This document shows, one piece after another, positions 37,524 to 52,100 of a stretch of 64,000 nucleotides of DNA; the first letter of the stretch is position 1; every line of letters begins with the position of its first letter. The translations under genes and the position numbers were made by a program. The notes under the pieces were generated by a model. The model was not told the origin of the DNA and did not search any database. It worked only from the letters and a program-made list of their open reading frames with translations. The stretch covers positions 10,602,001 through 10,666,000 of the forward strand of contig OZ116711.1 in the NCBI GenBank assembly GCA_964199315.1, written 5' to 3'. This stretch comes from Orbicella franksi. Taxonomy: Eukaryota.

Positions 37524-38510
37524 TCGATATAATTGAAATTGAATTTAAATAGTTCGCACCTTTTAATGACTTTTGCCGTTAGCCTTCCTACCTCTTGGCC
37601 GGACCAAAATGTTCTAAACAAGGTGCTATTTTGATAAGCTGTAGGAGCCTTGTTTTGATTGTCCTCGATAATGACAGCAACTCGTGCGGAACACATCTCG
37701 TGCCCCTGCTGATAAGCACGATGTTGTCGGTTGTAGACAGCTATTGGTACGTAACAGAGAGTCTGGCCTCGGAATGTCAGCTCCACAGAATAGATTACAT
37801 GCAACTGAGAAATCCACCACCTCTCTTTGTCGTATTGTGCGGGAAATGGCAAAATGTGCTTGATGGCTTGATGATGAAAAGCCTTAAAGAGAGCATCGAA
37901 CCACATTACTGGAACGACTACTGGCGGCTCATTGATACCACATATCAATCACCTGCTTTCCATTGAAAATCGCCTTACCATTATTGGTATAATTTAAAAC
38001 AATCACTACTGATTTATCATCCAAAAGCAACCGTTCAAAGGCTCTAAACGGTGTCACTCTTTTTATATATTGAGAACTCAACGAGTTGAATCCAAGATCT
38101 GCATCATCATCTAAGAAGATGTAGTAATGGTAGTGACGTATTCTCTCTATTGCAACAAAGTAAAGCAGATTCCGTCCAGTAGTGCAGGTGCTTTCTTTGG
38201 CAAATACATAGCAAATGTGTGATGGCTTCTCGTCTTGACATTTCTGTTTGCAACTTAGTACTATTACGTCACAGTTGCAGGTCTTCCTATCTCCGATCCT
38301 TGTCGATGACGCAGAGTATTGAGGGAGACATTGTTCGTTTTGGGTGAGATAAATGAATGGCTTTGAAGTTAACGAAGCTGCTTCATCAGCTGTCGTCGTT
38401 AGTGTTGCATTCGATTCGGCTTCACGTAAGTCGGCAACTCTTGCAGTAACTCTTTTAGCAAAGAAGAGACCGACAAAGAAAATTGATTTTGTCGTGGCAC
38501 TTGTTCTCCA
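37524..38510 (-). pseudogene. Glycosyltransferase-like remnant, unit C
   Basis: ICGINEPPVVVPVMWFDALFKAFHHQAIKHILPFPAQYDKERWWISQ..RQHRAY (ORF 37373-37948) and upstream YYIFLDDD; frameshifted. Confidence 0.65.
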
Positions 38511-40978
38511 CTTTCCAAATCATTACGCAATCGTACCCAACATACAATTTTATGGCTGATGTCTGCAAAATGTGAATCGAGCCTGGACTTTCCTTCTCCA
38601 GCTTCGAAGTTATTGTACTCTTTCAATGTGAAATTGAAAAGATTGTTGACCTCCGCCGGGGAGAAAAGGACCACATTGTTGTGATAATGTGGTCCATTGT
38701 CTAAGAGTATGATAAAAAGAGGTTGTAAGGACAGGGTAAAATATTGTGACTGGAATACATTGTTACATAGCTGCGTTAACTTTACAATGTTTGCCTACAC
38801 TCAAAGATTCGACTGCATGTACGAATAATTGTAGTAGCAATTTAAAGCCGTTCTTATTATACTGTTTCTATAATTTCAATATCCAAATATTTCCTAGAGG
38901 ATGACTGGCCACTTAGAAAATCCCAATTTCTTAGGGGTTTCAACTGAACATTTCAAGTATCATAAATACTACAACCATAACAAAACAAATCTTAAAAGAT
39001 TCTCTACCAAACTTAATAAGAGCCTGAGGGGATGAATATCATCAAATTTGTTACATAAAATAATGAAAGAAAACAAAATAGTTGGCATATTTTTCCCATA
39101 CAGCGTAGCTATCAATTAACTTTTTAACAGCATTGTTCTCAAACATGAACAAGCTTTACAATAACCTTGTATTACAGACCTGTATCTTTTCTAGCCTCCC
39201 AATTTTTTATTGTATTTTGAACATTAACTTTTATTCACTTATCAGAAAACAAGTAGACTGAAAACCATGGATAAACACTTTCTAACCACCTAAAACCAAT
39301 GTCCAGGGCACTCTGGGTGAACCAGGCATCTTGTTTTGTGTCTTCTGACCATAAGTCAATTACTTCAATGTTTCGCTGACCCTCTTCCACCTGATCTCAC
39401 AACCCTTCTAGTAAAATGAACCACAAAATATTGATCTTAACGAGCAGAAAAATTCACTCCTTTAAATGCTAATGCCATACACTGTAACTCTATCACAGGC
39501 TATGTGAACTTTGACAAAGGCAAAACAACCATATACTGTATATTACCGCAAGAAGTCCTGACCGGACTACACATGCATAAATACAATAGACCGAAGTTGA
39601 ACAAGGTACACGCATTGTGAATGTCATGTTCTGTAGGAAAAGTAAGTTCCTGGTCTAAACAATTTTATTTTGGTCTACCAACCCAAATAACTTGTCACGA
39701 TTAAGAACATGCAGGGATTACAGACAAAATATAAAACTTACACTGAATTCAGCTAGGTTGATTACCGGTTTAAGCGGAAAATTGATATCACCTACAGTAA
39801 ATCAGCCCTACTAGCATCTCCAGGACATCTACAGTAACATACATAGTTTATTTACTTGAGCAATAACAAAGAATCTATGAAGGGAGATTCCTCTTTTTCC
39901 ATACAACTCACCCTGGTTAACGTTTCCCTCTTTCTCATTCCAAGCTCAACCTTCATCTTATAGTCAATTATGACTACAATGTCTCCTGGCGAAAGGTTGT
40001 TGAGGATATACTGATAGTATCCACCTTGATGTTTTGTGCGAATTAAGTGAGCCAAGTACTCATCATGATTTGATAGAACTTGCCTCCACAACTTCACAAG
40101 TGAGGCTTTCTTCTCTTGATCACTAACCCTCTCAACTGCTTCAGTGACTTGCTTCCTCACCTCATGAAGCTGTTCAGTATCTAACGAAACATGGTCATGT
40201 TCAGCCGAAAAATCTCCAATAGCATAGTCAAGGCACAACTCAGCACAAGGGGAATGACTCTCAACCTAAAATCCAAAATAAATAAACCAAAAAATAATAA
40301 ACCGGTGCACTTAAAATATTCAACTAAGCATTAATGCTGATGAGTGAACCTTACAACTTCCGACATTTCTAGCTGTACGCTGAGGCAAGGAGGACCATTG
40401 ATCAGATGGCCAACTTTTTTTGTTGCTGTCGTTTATTCAACATTTTTTTAACATTATAGATAAACAAACCATTTTTAACTTCAATCACTATTTATTACAA
40501 CATAAAGTGATTTTGTTTATTATGTTATTTTAACGGCACAATACCATTTGACCTATACAGTGTATTTGCCCATCTCCTTTCCATTTCCCCTTTTTCCTTT
40601 TTTTGTGACAAACTTATCTAAATGTAATGATCTTGACTATACTTTATCCCGTAAACTTTGTAATCTTTCTACGACTCAATCTCTAACGTTTGTCAGTTTG
40701 TCAATAAACAAGGCATCACAACTAAAAGAGGAAGAATACCTCAGAGTAGATTTTCCTTCTTTAAAAACTAAAAAAGAATCTGCTCAGAAATCCAGTTTTA
40801 TTGTAGTCGCCAAGGCCCTATGTGACTTCTGAGCTAGTGCCAAATTCACTCTTTCATCAAAAAGCTATACAAATCAAATTGAAAGCATAATTAAGCAATT
40901 GAACACCAGCCACTTTTAACAGCATCATTCGAGGAACCGCTCCAATTGTGTGCTATACAACTATCATATTATACTATC

Positions 40979-41022
<44 letters not shown>

Positions 41023-42454
41023 TATACCTGCTTGTTAAGTTTCATCTTGAGAAACTTTTGATAATCTCTGGGATCTTTCACAAGCTGAGAGTGGGTAGTA
41101 TCCAAAACTCCTTGGTTCTTGATGTCATCAAGGACAGACAGGAGGGAATCAAAGTTGGAATGGCCAAAATCATCGCAAAGATTGCACAGTTCAGAAAGCA
41201 CTGAGTTCGATCGAAAGTTCTTTGCTATGTGAGCATAAATATAGCTTCTTTTAACTCAATTTGGAAACTTGAGTTGGTATTGTTGCACCACATCTTTTAT
41301 GTCGCGCTGCCAGTAGCGAACACCAGTTTCCTTTCCATCCACGATAACACTCCTGCAGGATGATGGACGGGATATGTCATCCTGGTGAAGGAATTTCTCT
41401 GGACTGAGAGCCAGCTGGCCCGTGAAGTGGAGTCCATCTTGAGGGACACCGCCCCTACCAAATAATACAGAATGAACTGTGGCCGCTGTTGTGGTGCTCT
41501 TTGAGCAACTAAAGTAGGACTACAGTACTGATTGACTGAAGTTCCATGCCATGCACAATTGAACGAAGCCTCCATCGTTCATCTCCACGTTTACTGACTC
41601 TTCCAAGAGCTTTTACCACCTCAGTTCTGCTCTCTTTTCCTTAAACCTCTAACCCACTCACTTCCAGTTTACTATCTTTCATGCTTCTTCCAATGAACAA
41701 TTTCTGGGAAACTTTTGCTCTCTGACCCTGAACTTGCTTGCTTTTCTCTCGGTCTTTGGATTCCTTGTAATCCTTTGCTAGCGACCTCAAAAATTTGTCA
41801 TCATGTCCAGTTCCAGAAGACGTTGAAAATAGATCTTTGTACTCGCTCTGGAACTTTTTTGATTGGATGATGCCTCTAATTATAGCACGAGTTCCAGCTT
41901 CTCCCAAAGACGTGTAGCTTTTGACGAGATTCTTCATTTTGTTAAAAATTTCTGACTTCAGCTCACGTTTTCGGCGTTCTTCAAGCAACTCGTAACTAGA
42001 GTGAAGATAGATCGTTTCAGTAAATTCATCAATTTCTCAATTTATCATCTTTTTCTACTTGATAAAGATCTACATGTAGATCAGAGTCGAAATCGTCGCA
42101 CATTTGTCGATCCTCTTCTCAATTCTAGCCTACAAAATAAAACATTTCGATGACTATTTATATAATTCAGAAGATACACCTGGATACATAACCCTCACGT
42201 GGAGAAGAACCTCACAAGCAGTATGAAATCAGTGTATCTCACCTCGAGTGTTTCGCATTTTTTTGAAGCCGAATTGTTTCCCGGCAGAAAGTACAGATCT
42301 TCCTTTTCCGTTCTTTGTGTCCAGAAGAACTCCATTTCCCTGTACCACACAACTTTTCCTCCGCATAAGTTGCGATAAACATCTGTTTCATGCCTGGATC
42401 TCCGTGACTCCACTCCGCATGTTGCGGGCAAGAACAAAGCTTCTTGAAAGGCAT
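38510..42454 (-). pseudogene. Sola3-like transposase exons 1-5, unit C (most complete copy)
   Basis: Exon 1 from ATG 42454; exon 2 ~42130-41027; exon 3 ~40265-39856; exon 4 ~39390-39243; exon 5 ~38698-38510. GT-AG bounded, with multiple frameshifts. Confidence 0.78.
40978..41018. repeat. (TAA)n microsatellite expanded in unit C
   Basis: About 13 taa units; the same site is shorter in units A, B and E, and also expanded in unit D (~46448-46480). Confidence 0.9.
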
Positions 42455-42760
42455 TTATCCAACGATAGAAAGTGAAAAAAAATGCAGCGAATAGTATACT
42501 TAAACTTTGATAAACTCTGATATATAAATTTGATGGATCCAATATTGATCCAATATTGCGTCGCGCTATGTGCAGCACTTTGTCGGCTCTTTCTTTTGAT
42601 TGGCGCATAGAACAATGGCCAAACTTGGCCGAGAGACGGAAAATAGGGGCTTGGAAACGAAACATGCAATAAAGCGAGTTTTTCTTTTTGTTTTGTTTTG
42701 TTTTTTTACTTTTTTCTTTGATGTTTTTTGCGTTTTTTAGATGTCACCCAATCAGATGTC

Positions 42761-43745
42761 TCGATTTAATTGAAATTAAATTTAAATAGTTCGCACCTTT
42801 TAATGACTTTTGCCGTTAGCCTTCCTACCTCTTGGCCGGACCAAATTGTTCTAAACAAGGTGCCACTTTGGTAAGATGTAGGAGCCTTGTTTTGATTGTC
42901 CTCGATAATGACAGGCACTCGTGCGGAAAACATCTCGTGCCCCTGTGGATAAGCATGATGTTGTAGGTTGTAGACAGCTTATTGGTACATAACCGAGCGT
43001 CTGGCCTCGGAATATCAGCTCCACAGAATAGATTACATGCAACTGAGAAATCCACCACCTCTCTTTATCGTATTGTGCAGGAAATGGCAAAATGTGCTTG
43101 ATGGCTTGATGATGAAAAGCCTTAAAGAGAGCATCGAACCACATCACTGGATCGACTACTGGCGGCTCATTGATACCACATATCAATCGGCTTCTTTCCA
43201 TTGAAAAGCGCCTTAAAATTATTGTTATAATTTACAACACCCAGTAGTGGTTTATCATTCAAAAGCCACCGTTCAAAGGCTCTAAACGGTGTCAGTCTTT
43301 TTATTTATTGAGAACTAAACGAGTTGAATCTAAGATCTACATCATCATCTAAGAAGATCTAGTAATAGTTGTGACATATTTTCCCTATTGCAACAAAGTA
43401 AAGCAGATTCCCTCCTGTAGTGCAGGTGCTTTCTTTGGCAAATACATAGGAAATGAGTGATGCCTTCTCGTCTTGACATTCCTCTTTGCAACTTAGTACT
43501 ATTACGTCACAGTTGCAGGTCTTACTGTCTCCGATCCTTGTCGATGACGCCAAGTATTGTGGGAGACGTTGTTCGTTTTGGGTGAGATAAAGAATGGCTT
43601 TGAAGTTAACGAAGCTGCCTCATCAGTTGTCGTCGTTGGTGTTGCATTCGATTCGGCTTCACGTAAGTCGGCAACTCTTGCAGTAACTCTTTTAGCAAAG
43701 AAGAGACCGACAGAGAAAATTGATTTTGTCGCGGCACTTCTTCTC
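42761..43745 (-). pseudogene. Glycosyltransferase-like remnant, unit D
   Basis: Homologous to the other copies (ORFs 42851-43201 and 43359-43553). Confidence 0.65.
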
Positions 43746-46446
43746 CACCTTTTAAATCATTACCCAATCGTACCCAACATACAATTTTATGGCTGATGTC
43801 TGCAAAATGTGAATCGAGCCTGGACTTTCCTTCTCCAGCTTCGAAGTTATTGTACTCTTTCAATGTGAAATTGAAAAGATTGTTGACCTCCGCCGGGGAG
43901 AAAAGGACCACATTGTTGTGATAATGTGGTCCATTGTCTAAGAGTATGATAAAAAGAGGTTGTAAGGACAGGGTAAAATATTGTGACTGGAATACATTGT
44001 TACATAGCTGCGTTAACTTTACAATGTTTGCCTACACTCAAAGATTCGACTGCATGTACGACTCCATGCTTCGAAGTTATTGTACTCTTTCAAGTGAAAT
44101 TGAAAATATTGTTGACCTCCGCCGGGTAGAAAAGGACCACATTGTTGTGATAACGTGGTTTATTGTCTAAGAGTATAATAAAAAGAGGTTTTTAACAACA
44201 GGGAAAAATATTAAGACTGGAATACATTGTTACATAGCTGCGTTAACTTTACAATGTTTGCCTACACTCAAAAATCCGACTGCATGTACGAATAATTGTA
44301 GTAGCATTTTAAACCCATTCTTATTATACTGTTTCTATAATTTCAATATCCAAATATTTCCTAGAGGATGACTGGCCACTCAGAAAATCCAAATTTCTTA
44401 GGGGTTTTAACTGAACATTTAAAGTATCATAAACACTACAACCATAACAGAACAAATCTTGAAAGATTCTCTATCAAACTTAATAAGAGTCTGAGGGGAT
44501 GAATATCATCAAACTTGTTACATAAAATAATGAAAGAAAACAAAACAGTTGGCATGTTTTTCCCATACAGCGTAGCTATAAATTAACTTTTTAACAGCAG
44601 TGTTCTCAAACATGAACAAGCTTTACAATAACCTTGTATTACAGACCTGTATCTTTTCTAGCCTCCCAATTTTTTATTGTATTTTGAACATTAACTTTTA
44701 TTCACTTATCAGAAAACAAGTAGACTGAAAACCCTGGATAAACACTTTCTAATCACCTAAAACCAATGTCCAGGGCACTCTGGGTGAACCAGGCATCTTG
44801 TTTTGTGTCTTCTGACCATAAGTCAATTACTTCAATATTTCGCTGACCCTCTTCCACCTGATCTCACAACCCTTCTAGTAAAATGAACCACAAAATATTG
44901 ATCTTAACGAGCAGAAAAATTCACTCCTTTAAATGCTAATGCCATACACTGTAACTCTATCACAGGCTATGTGAACTTTGACAAAGGCAAAACAACTATA
45001 TGCTGTATATTACCGCAAGAAGTCCTGACCGGACTACACATGCATCAATACAGTAGACCGAAGTTGAACAAGGTTCAAGCATTGTGAATGTTCTGTTCTG
45101 TAGAAAAAGTAAGTTCCTCGTCTAAATAATTTTATTTTGGTCTACCAACCCAAATAACTTGTGACGATTAGGAATATGCAGGGATTACAGACAAAAAATA
45201 AAACTTTCACTGAAGTCAGCTAGGTTGGTTACCGGTTTAAGCGGAGAATTGATATCACCTACATCAAATTCAACCCTACTAGCATCTCCAGGACATCTAC
45301 AGTAACATGCATAGTTTATTTACCTTAGCAATAACAAAGATCTATGAAGGGAGATTCCTCTTTTTCCATACAACTCACCCTAGTTAACGTTTCCCTCTTT
45401 CTCATTCCAAGCTCAACCTTCATCTTATAGTCAATTATGACTACAATGTCTCCTGGCGAAAGGTTGTTGAGGATATACTGATAGTATCCACCTTGATGTT
45501 TTGTGCGAATTAAGTGAGCCAAGTACTCATCATGATTTGATAGAACTTGCCTCCACAACTTCACAAGTGAGGCTTTCTTCTCTTGATCACTAACCCTCTC
45601 AACTGCTTCAGTGACTCTCTTTCTCACCTCATGAAACTGTTCAGTATCTAACGAAACATGGTCATGTTCAGCCGAAAAATCTCCAATAGCATAGTCAAGG
45701 CACAACTCAGCACAAGGGGAATGACTCTCAACCTAAAATCCAAAATAAATAAACCAAAAAATAATAAACCGGTGCACTTAAAATATTCAACTAAGCATTA
45801 ATGCTGATGAGTGAACCTTACAACTTCAGAGATTTCTAGCTGTGCGCTGAGGAAAGGAGGAGCATTGATAAGATGGCCAACTTTTTTTGTTGCTGTCGTT
45901 TATTCAACATTTTTTTAACATTATAGATAAACAAACCATTTTTAACTTCAATCACTATTTATTACAACATAAAGTGATTTTGTTTATTATGTTATTTTAA
46001 CGGCACAATACCATTTGACCTATACAGTGTATTTGCCCATCTCCTTTCCATTTCCCCTTTTTCCTTCTTTTTGTGACAAACTCATCTAAAGGTAATGATC
46101 TTGACTATACTTTATCCCGTAAACTTTGTAATCTTTCTACGACTCAATCTCTAACGTTTGTCAGTTTGTCAATAAACAAGGCATCACAACTAAAAGAGGA
46201 AGAATACCTCAGAGTAGATTTTCCTTCTTTAAAAACTAAAAAAGAATCTGCTCAGAAATCCAGTTTTATTGTAGTCGCCAAGGCCCTATGTGACTTCTGA
46301 GCTAGTGCCAAATTCACTCTTTCATCAAAAAGCTATACAAAGCAAATTGAAAGCATAATTAAGCAATTGAACACCAGCCACTTTTAACAGCATCATTCGA
46401 GGAACCGCTCCAATTGTGTGCTATACAACTAACATAGTATACTATC

Positions 46447-46483
<37 letters not shown>

Positions 46484-47481
46484 TACCTGGTTGTTAAATT
46501 TCATCTTGAGAGACTTGATAATCTCTGGGATCTTTCACAAGCTGAGAGTGGGTAGTATCGAAAACTCCTTGGTTCTCGATGTCATCAAGGACAGACAACA
46601 GGGAGTCAAAGTTGGAATGGCCAAAATCATCGCAAAGATTGCAGAGTCCAGCAAACATTGAGTTCGATGGAAAGTTCTTTGCTATGTGAGCATAAATATA
46701 GCTTTTTTTAACTCCATTTGGAAACTTGAGCTGCTATTGTTGCACCACATTTTTTATGTCGCACTGCCAGTAGCGAACAGCATTTTCCTTTCCATCCACG
46801 ATAACACTCCTGCAGGATGATGGACGGGGTATGTCATCCTGGTGAAGGAATTCCTCTATTTCATGAATTATCTCTGGACTAACAGCCTGCCTCGTGAAGC
46901 GGAGTCCATCTTGAGGGACACCGCCCCTGCCAAATAATATAGCATGAATTCTGGCCACTGTTATAGTGCTCTTTAAGCAACTAAAGTAGGACTGCAGTAG
47001 TGATTGACTGAAGTTCCTTGCCACAATTGAAAGAAGGCTCCGTCGTTCATCTCCACGTTTACTGACTCTTCCAAGAGCTTTTGCCACCTCAGCTCTGCTC
47101 TCCCTTCCTTGCACCTCTAACCCACTCACTTCCAGTTTACTATCTTTCATGGTGTTTTCAATCAACAATTTCTGGAAAACTTTTTGCTCTCTGACCCTGA
47201 ATTTGCTTGCTTTTCTCACGGTCTTTGGATTCCTCGTAATCCTTTGCTAGCGACTTCAAAAATTTGTCATCATGTCCAGTTCCAAGAGTCGATGAAAATA
47301 GATCTTTGTACTCGCTCTGGAATTTTTTTGATTGGATGATGTTTCTCATTATAGCACGACTTCCAGCCTCTCCTAAAGACGTCTAGTTTTCGACGAGATT
47401 CTTCATTTTTTTGAACATTTCTGACCTCGACTCACGTTTTTGACGTTCTTGAAGCAACTCGTAACTAGAGCGAAGATAGCT
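43745..47481 (-). pseudogene. Sola3-like transposase exons 2-5, unit D (5' part lost at the LINE)
   Basis: ORFs 46734-47219, 45325-45705 and 43606-43911. About 225-bp local duplication of the exon 5 acceptor region (43839-44062 / 44068-44290). Confidence 0.75.
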
Positions 47482-48755
47482 CTCGCGATTTTGGACCACG
47501 CGATTTTGCTAAAACGCTTGACCACTGATTTTGGTATAGGCGGGAAGGCTTTAGAGTGGTTCTCGTCGTATTTGTCGGGACGCAGCCAGCGTGTTGTGTT
47601 TGAGGGGGGCTACATCTGATAGCTTCGATTTGCGTTTTGGTGTCCCACAAGGCAGCTGTCTCGCCCCGCTTCTGTTTGTGGTTTACGCCTCCAAGATCTT
47701 TGAGATAGTACAAGTCCACCTGCCGAATGCGCACTGCTTCGCTGACGACACGCAACTTTACTTGTCTTTTAATCCTAACAGTCCTACGGATCAAGTGAAG
47801 GCATTGGAAGCCATGGAGCGATGCATTAGTGACTTACGTAAATGGATGTACCGGGACAAATTAAAGATCAACGATGATAAGACTGAATTTCTTGTTATCG
47901 GATCGAGACAACAGTTGCTGAAAATTAATCACAGTTCAGTCCGTGTTGGCACGATCGATATTAAGCCTGTTAAGGTAGTGCGTAATCTAGGCGCCTGGTT
48001 AGACTCGCATTTTTCTATGTCGACCCACATTTCTAAGTCTTGTAGTGCGGCATTTTTCTGGTTACATAATATCAAGAGAATAAGCCACTTTCTGCCTAGG
48101 GATAAATTAGAAATGGTGTTGCATGCCTTCGTTACAAGTAGAATTGATTATTGTAATGGACTTCTCTATGGAATACCGGACTGTGAAATAGCTAAATTGC
48201 AAAGAGTACAAAACGCTGCAGCTAGGCTGCTTATGTCATGTAAAAAGTATGACCATATTACGCCCATTTTGATAAATTTACACTGGTTACCAGTAAGATA
48301 TAGAATTAATTTTAAAATTTTATTACTTACTTTCAAAGCCCTCTATGGCATGGCACCTAGTTACATCATTGATTTAATTCATATTAAGACTATTACACGC
48401 TATTCGCTGCGCTCTACTGAAGGTGTTTTATTAAAGCATCCTTCGGGGAGACAGATCCTTCAGTGTGGCTGCGCCCACTCTGTGGAACGCTCTTCCTGTT
48501 AGCCTCCGTATGATCAAATGTATTTCCACTTTTAAGTCAAATCTTAAAACTTATCTTTTTAAATTAGCTTTTAATATTTCTTAAATATGTATATATAAAT
48601 AAATGATGTAGCGTTTTTAGTATTTTTAAATTTTATTGTAGATTTTTAATACTTGTATAGTTTTAGGTTATTTATTGTTGTAATGCGCTTTTGATCACCT
48701 GGTATGTTAAAAAGCGTACTATAGATCAATAATTATTATTATTATTAAAAAAATA
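47482..48755 (+). mobile_element. 5'-truncated L2/CR1-clade non-LTR retrotransposon
   Basis: [80 protein letters not shown], followed by an AT-rich 3' UTR and an (ATT)n/A tail at ~48730-48752. Confidence 0.93.
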
Positions 48756-48761
48756 TTCTAA

Positions 48762-49125
48762 CAAAGTAAAGCAGATTCCGTCCTGTAGCGCAGGTGCTTT
48801 CTTTGGCAAATACATAGCAAATGTGTGATGGCTTCTCGTCTTGACATTTCTGTTTCCAACTTAGTACTATTACGTCACAGTTGCAGGTCTTCCTATCTCC
48901 GATCCTTGTCGATGACGCCAAGTATTGTGGGAGACATTGTTCGTTTTGGGTGAGATAAATGAATGGCTTTGAAGTTAACGAAGCTGCCTCATCAGCTGTC
49001 GTCGTTAGTGTTGCATTCGATTCGACTTCACGTAAGTCGGCAACTCTTGCAGTAACTCTTTTAGCAAAGAAGAGACCGACAGAGAAGATTGATTTTGTCG
49101 TGGCACTTCTTCTCCACCTTTTAAA
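48762..49125 (-). pseudogene. Glycosyltransferase-like remnant, unit E (5' part only)
   Basis: Resumes at acaaagtaaagcagattcc directly after the LINE tail. Confidence 0.62.
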
Positions 49126-52100
49126 TCATTACCCAATCGTACCCAACATACAATTTTATGGTTGATGTCTGCAAAATGTGAATCGAGCCTGGACTTTCCT
49201 TCTCCAGCTTCGAAGTTATTGTACTCTTTCAATGTGAAATTGAAAATATTGTTGACCTCCGCCAGGTAGAAAGGGACCACATTGTTGTGATAAGGTGGTC
49301 GATTGTCTAAGAGTATAATAAAAAGAGGTTGTAAGGACAGGGTAAAATATTGTGACTGGAATACATTGTTACATAGCTGCGTTAACTTTACAATGTTTGC
49401 CTACACTCAAAGATCCGACTGCATGTACGAATAATTGTAGTAGCATTTTAAAGCCATTCTTATTATACTGTTTCTATAATTTCAGTATCCAAATATTTCC
49501 TAGAGGATGACTGGCCACTTAGAAAATCCAAATTTCTTAGGGGTTTCAACTGAGCATTTCAAGTATCATAAATACCACAACCATAACAAAACAAATCTTG
49601 AAAGATTCTCTATCAAACTTAATAAGAGCCTGAGGGGATGAATATCATCAAACTTGTTACATAAAATATTGAAAGAAAACAAAAATAGTTGGCATGTCTT
49701 TCCCATACACGGTAGCTATAAATTAACTTTTTAACAGCAGTGTTCTCAAACATGAACAAGCTTTAAAATAACCTTGTATTACAGACCTGTATCTTTTCTA
49801 GCCTCCCAATGTTTTTATTGTATTTCGCACATTAACTTTTATTCACTTATCAGAAAACAAGTAGACTGAAAACCCTGGATAAACACTTTCTAATCACCTA
49901 AAACCAATGTCCAGGGTACTCTGGGTGAACCAGGCATCTTGTTTTGTGTCTTCTGACCATAAGTCAATTACTTCAATGTTTCGCTGACCCTCTTCCACCT
50001 GATCTCACAACCCTTCCAGTAAAATGAACCACAAAATATTGATCTTAACGAGCAGAAAAATTCACTCCTTTAAATGCTAATGCCATACACTGTAACTCTA
50101 TCACAGGCTATGTGAACTTTGACAAAGGCAAAACAACCATATACTGTATATTATTGCACGAAGTCCTGACCGGACAACACATGCATCAATACAATAGACC
50201 GAAGTTGAACAAGGTACACGCATTGTGAATGTCATGTTCTGTAGAAAAAGTAAGTTCCTGGGCTAAATAATTTTATTTTGGTCTACCAACCCAAATAACT
50301 TGTCTCGATTAGGAATATGCAGGGATTACAGACAAAAAATAAAACTTACACTGAATTCAGCTAGGTTGATTACCGGTTTAACCGGAGAATTGATATCAAC
50401 TACAGCAAATCAGCCCTACTAGCATCTCCAGGACATGCACAGTAACATACATAGTTTACTTACATGAGCAATAACAAAGAATCTATGAAGGGAGATTCCT
50501 CTTTTTCCATACAACTCACCCTGGTTAACGTTTCCCTCTTTCTCATTCCAAGCTCAACCTTCATCTTATAGTCAATTATGACTACAATTTTCCCTGGCGA
50601 AAGGTTGTTGAGGATATACTGATAGTATCCACCTTGATGTTTTGTGCGAATTAAGTGAGCCAAGTACTCATCATGATTTAATAAAACTTGTCTCCACAAC
50701 TTCACAAGTGAGGCCTTCTTCTCTTGATCACTAACTCTCTCAACTGCTTCAGTGACTTGCTTCCTCACCTCATGAAACTGTTCAATATTTAACGAAAAAT
50801 GGTCATGTTCAGCCGAAAAATCTCCAATAGCATAGTCAAGGCACAACTCAGCACAAGGGGAATGACTCTCAACCTAAAATCCAAATTAAATAAACCAAAA
50901 AACAATAACCCGGTGCACTTAAAATATTCAACTAAGCATTAATGCTGATGAGTGAACCTTACAACTTCCGACATTTCTACCTGTACGCTGAGGCAAGGAG
51001 GACTATTGATCAGATGGCCAACATTTTTTGTTGCTGTCGTTTATTCAACATTTTTTTAACATTATAGATGAACAAACCATATCATTTTTAACTTCAATCA
51101 CTATTTATTACAACCTAAAATAATTTCGTTTATTATGTTATTTTAGCGGCACAATACCAGTTGACCTATACAGTGTATTTGCCCATCTCCTTTCCATTTC
51201 CCCTTTTTCCTTCTTTTTGTGACAAACTTATCTAAATGTAATGATCTTGACTATACTTTATCTTGTAAACTTTGTAAACTTTCTACGACTCAATCTCTAA
51301 CGTTTGTCAGTTTGTCAATGAACAAGGCATCACAACTAAAACAGCAATACCTTAGAGTAGATTTTCCTTCTTTAAAAAAATAAAAAAAATAATCTACTCA
51401 GAAATCCAGTTTTATTGTAGTTGTCAAGGCCCTACGTGACTTCTGAGCTAGGGCCAAATTCTCTCTTTCATCAAAAAGCTATACAAAGCAAATTGAAAGC
51501 AAAATTAAGCAATTGAACACCAGCCACTTTTAACAGCATCATTCGAGGAACCGCTCCAATTGTGTGCTATACAACTATCATGGTATACTATCTATAGTAA
51601 TAATAAAAATATACCTGCTTGGTAAATTTCATCTTGAGAAACTTTTGATAATCTCTGGTATCTTTCACAAGCTGACAGTGGGTAGTATCCAAAACTCCTT
51701 GGTTCTTAATGTCATCAAGGACAGACAGGAGGGAATCAAAGTTGGAATGGCCAAAATGATCTCAAAGATTGCAGAGTCCAGAAAGCATTGAGTTCGATCG
51801 AAAGTTCTTTGCTATGTGAGCATAAATATAGCTTCTTTTAACTCCATTTGGAAACTTGAGCTGGTATTATTGCACGACATCTTTTATGTCGCACTGCGAG
51901 TAGTGGGGGGGGGGGGGGAAATGGGGGCTGGAGCCCGGGAGAATAGGGGGCGGGAGGGGTACGGGGCGCGGGAGAGGAAAGGGCGGGAAGCGGGAGAGTA
52001 ATGCGAAACGCTAATTTTTTTAATTCAAGAATGCGTTAGAATACTTTCGAAAACAAGAACCCAAAATATATTTGACTTACATTTAACGTCTTCTCAGTCA

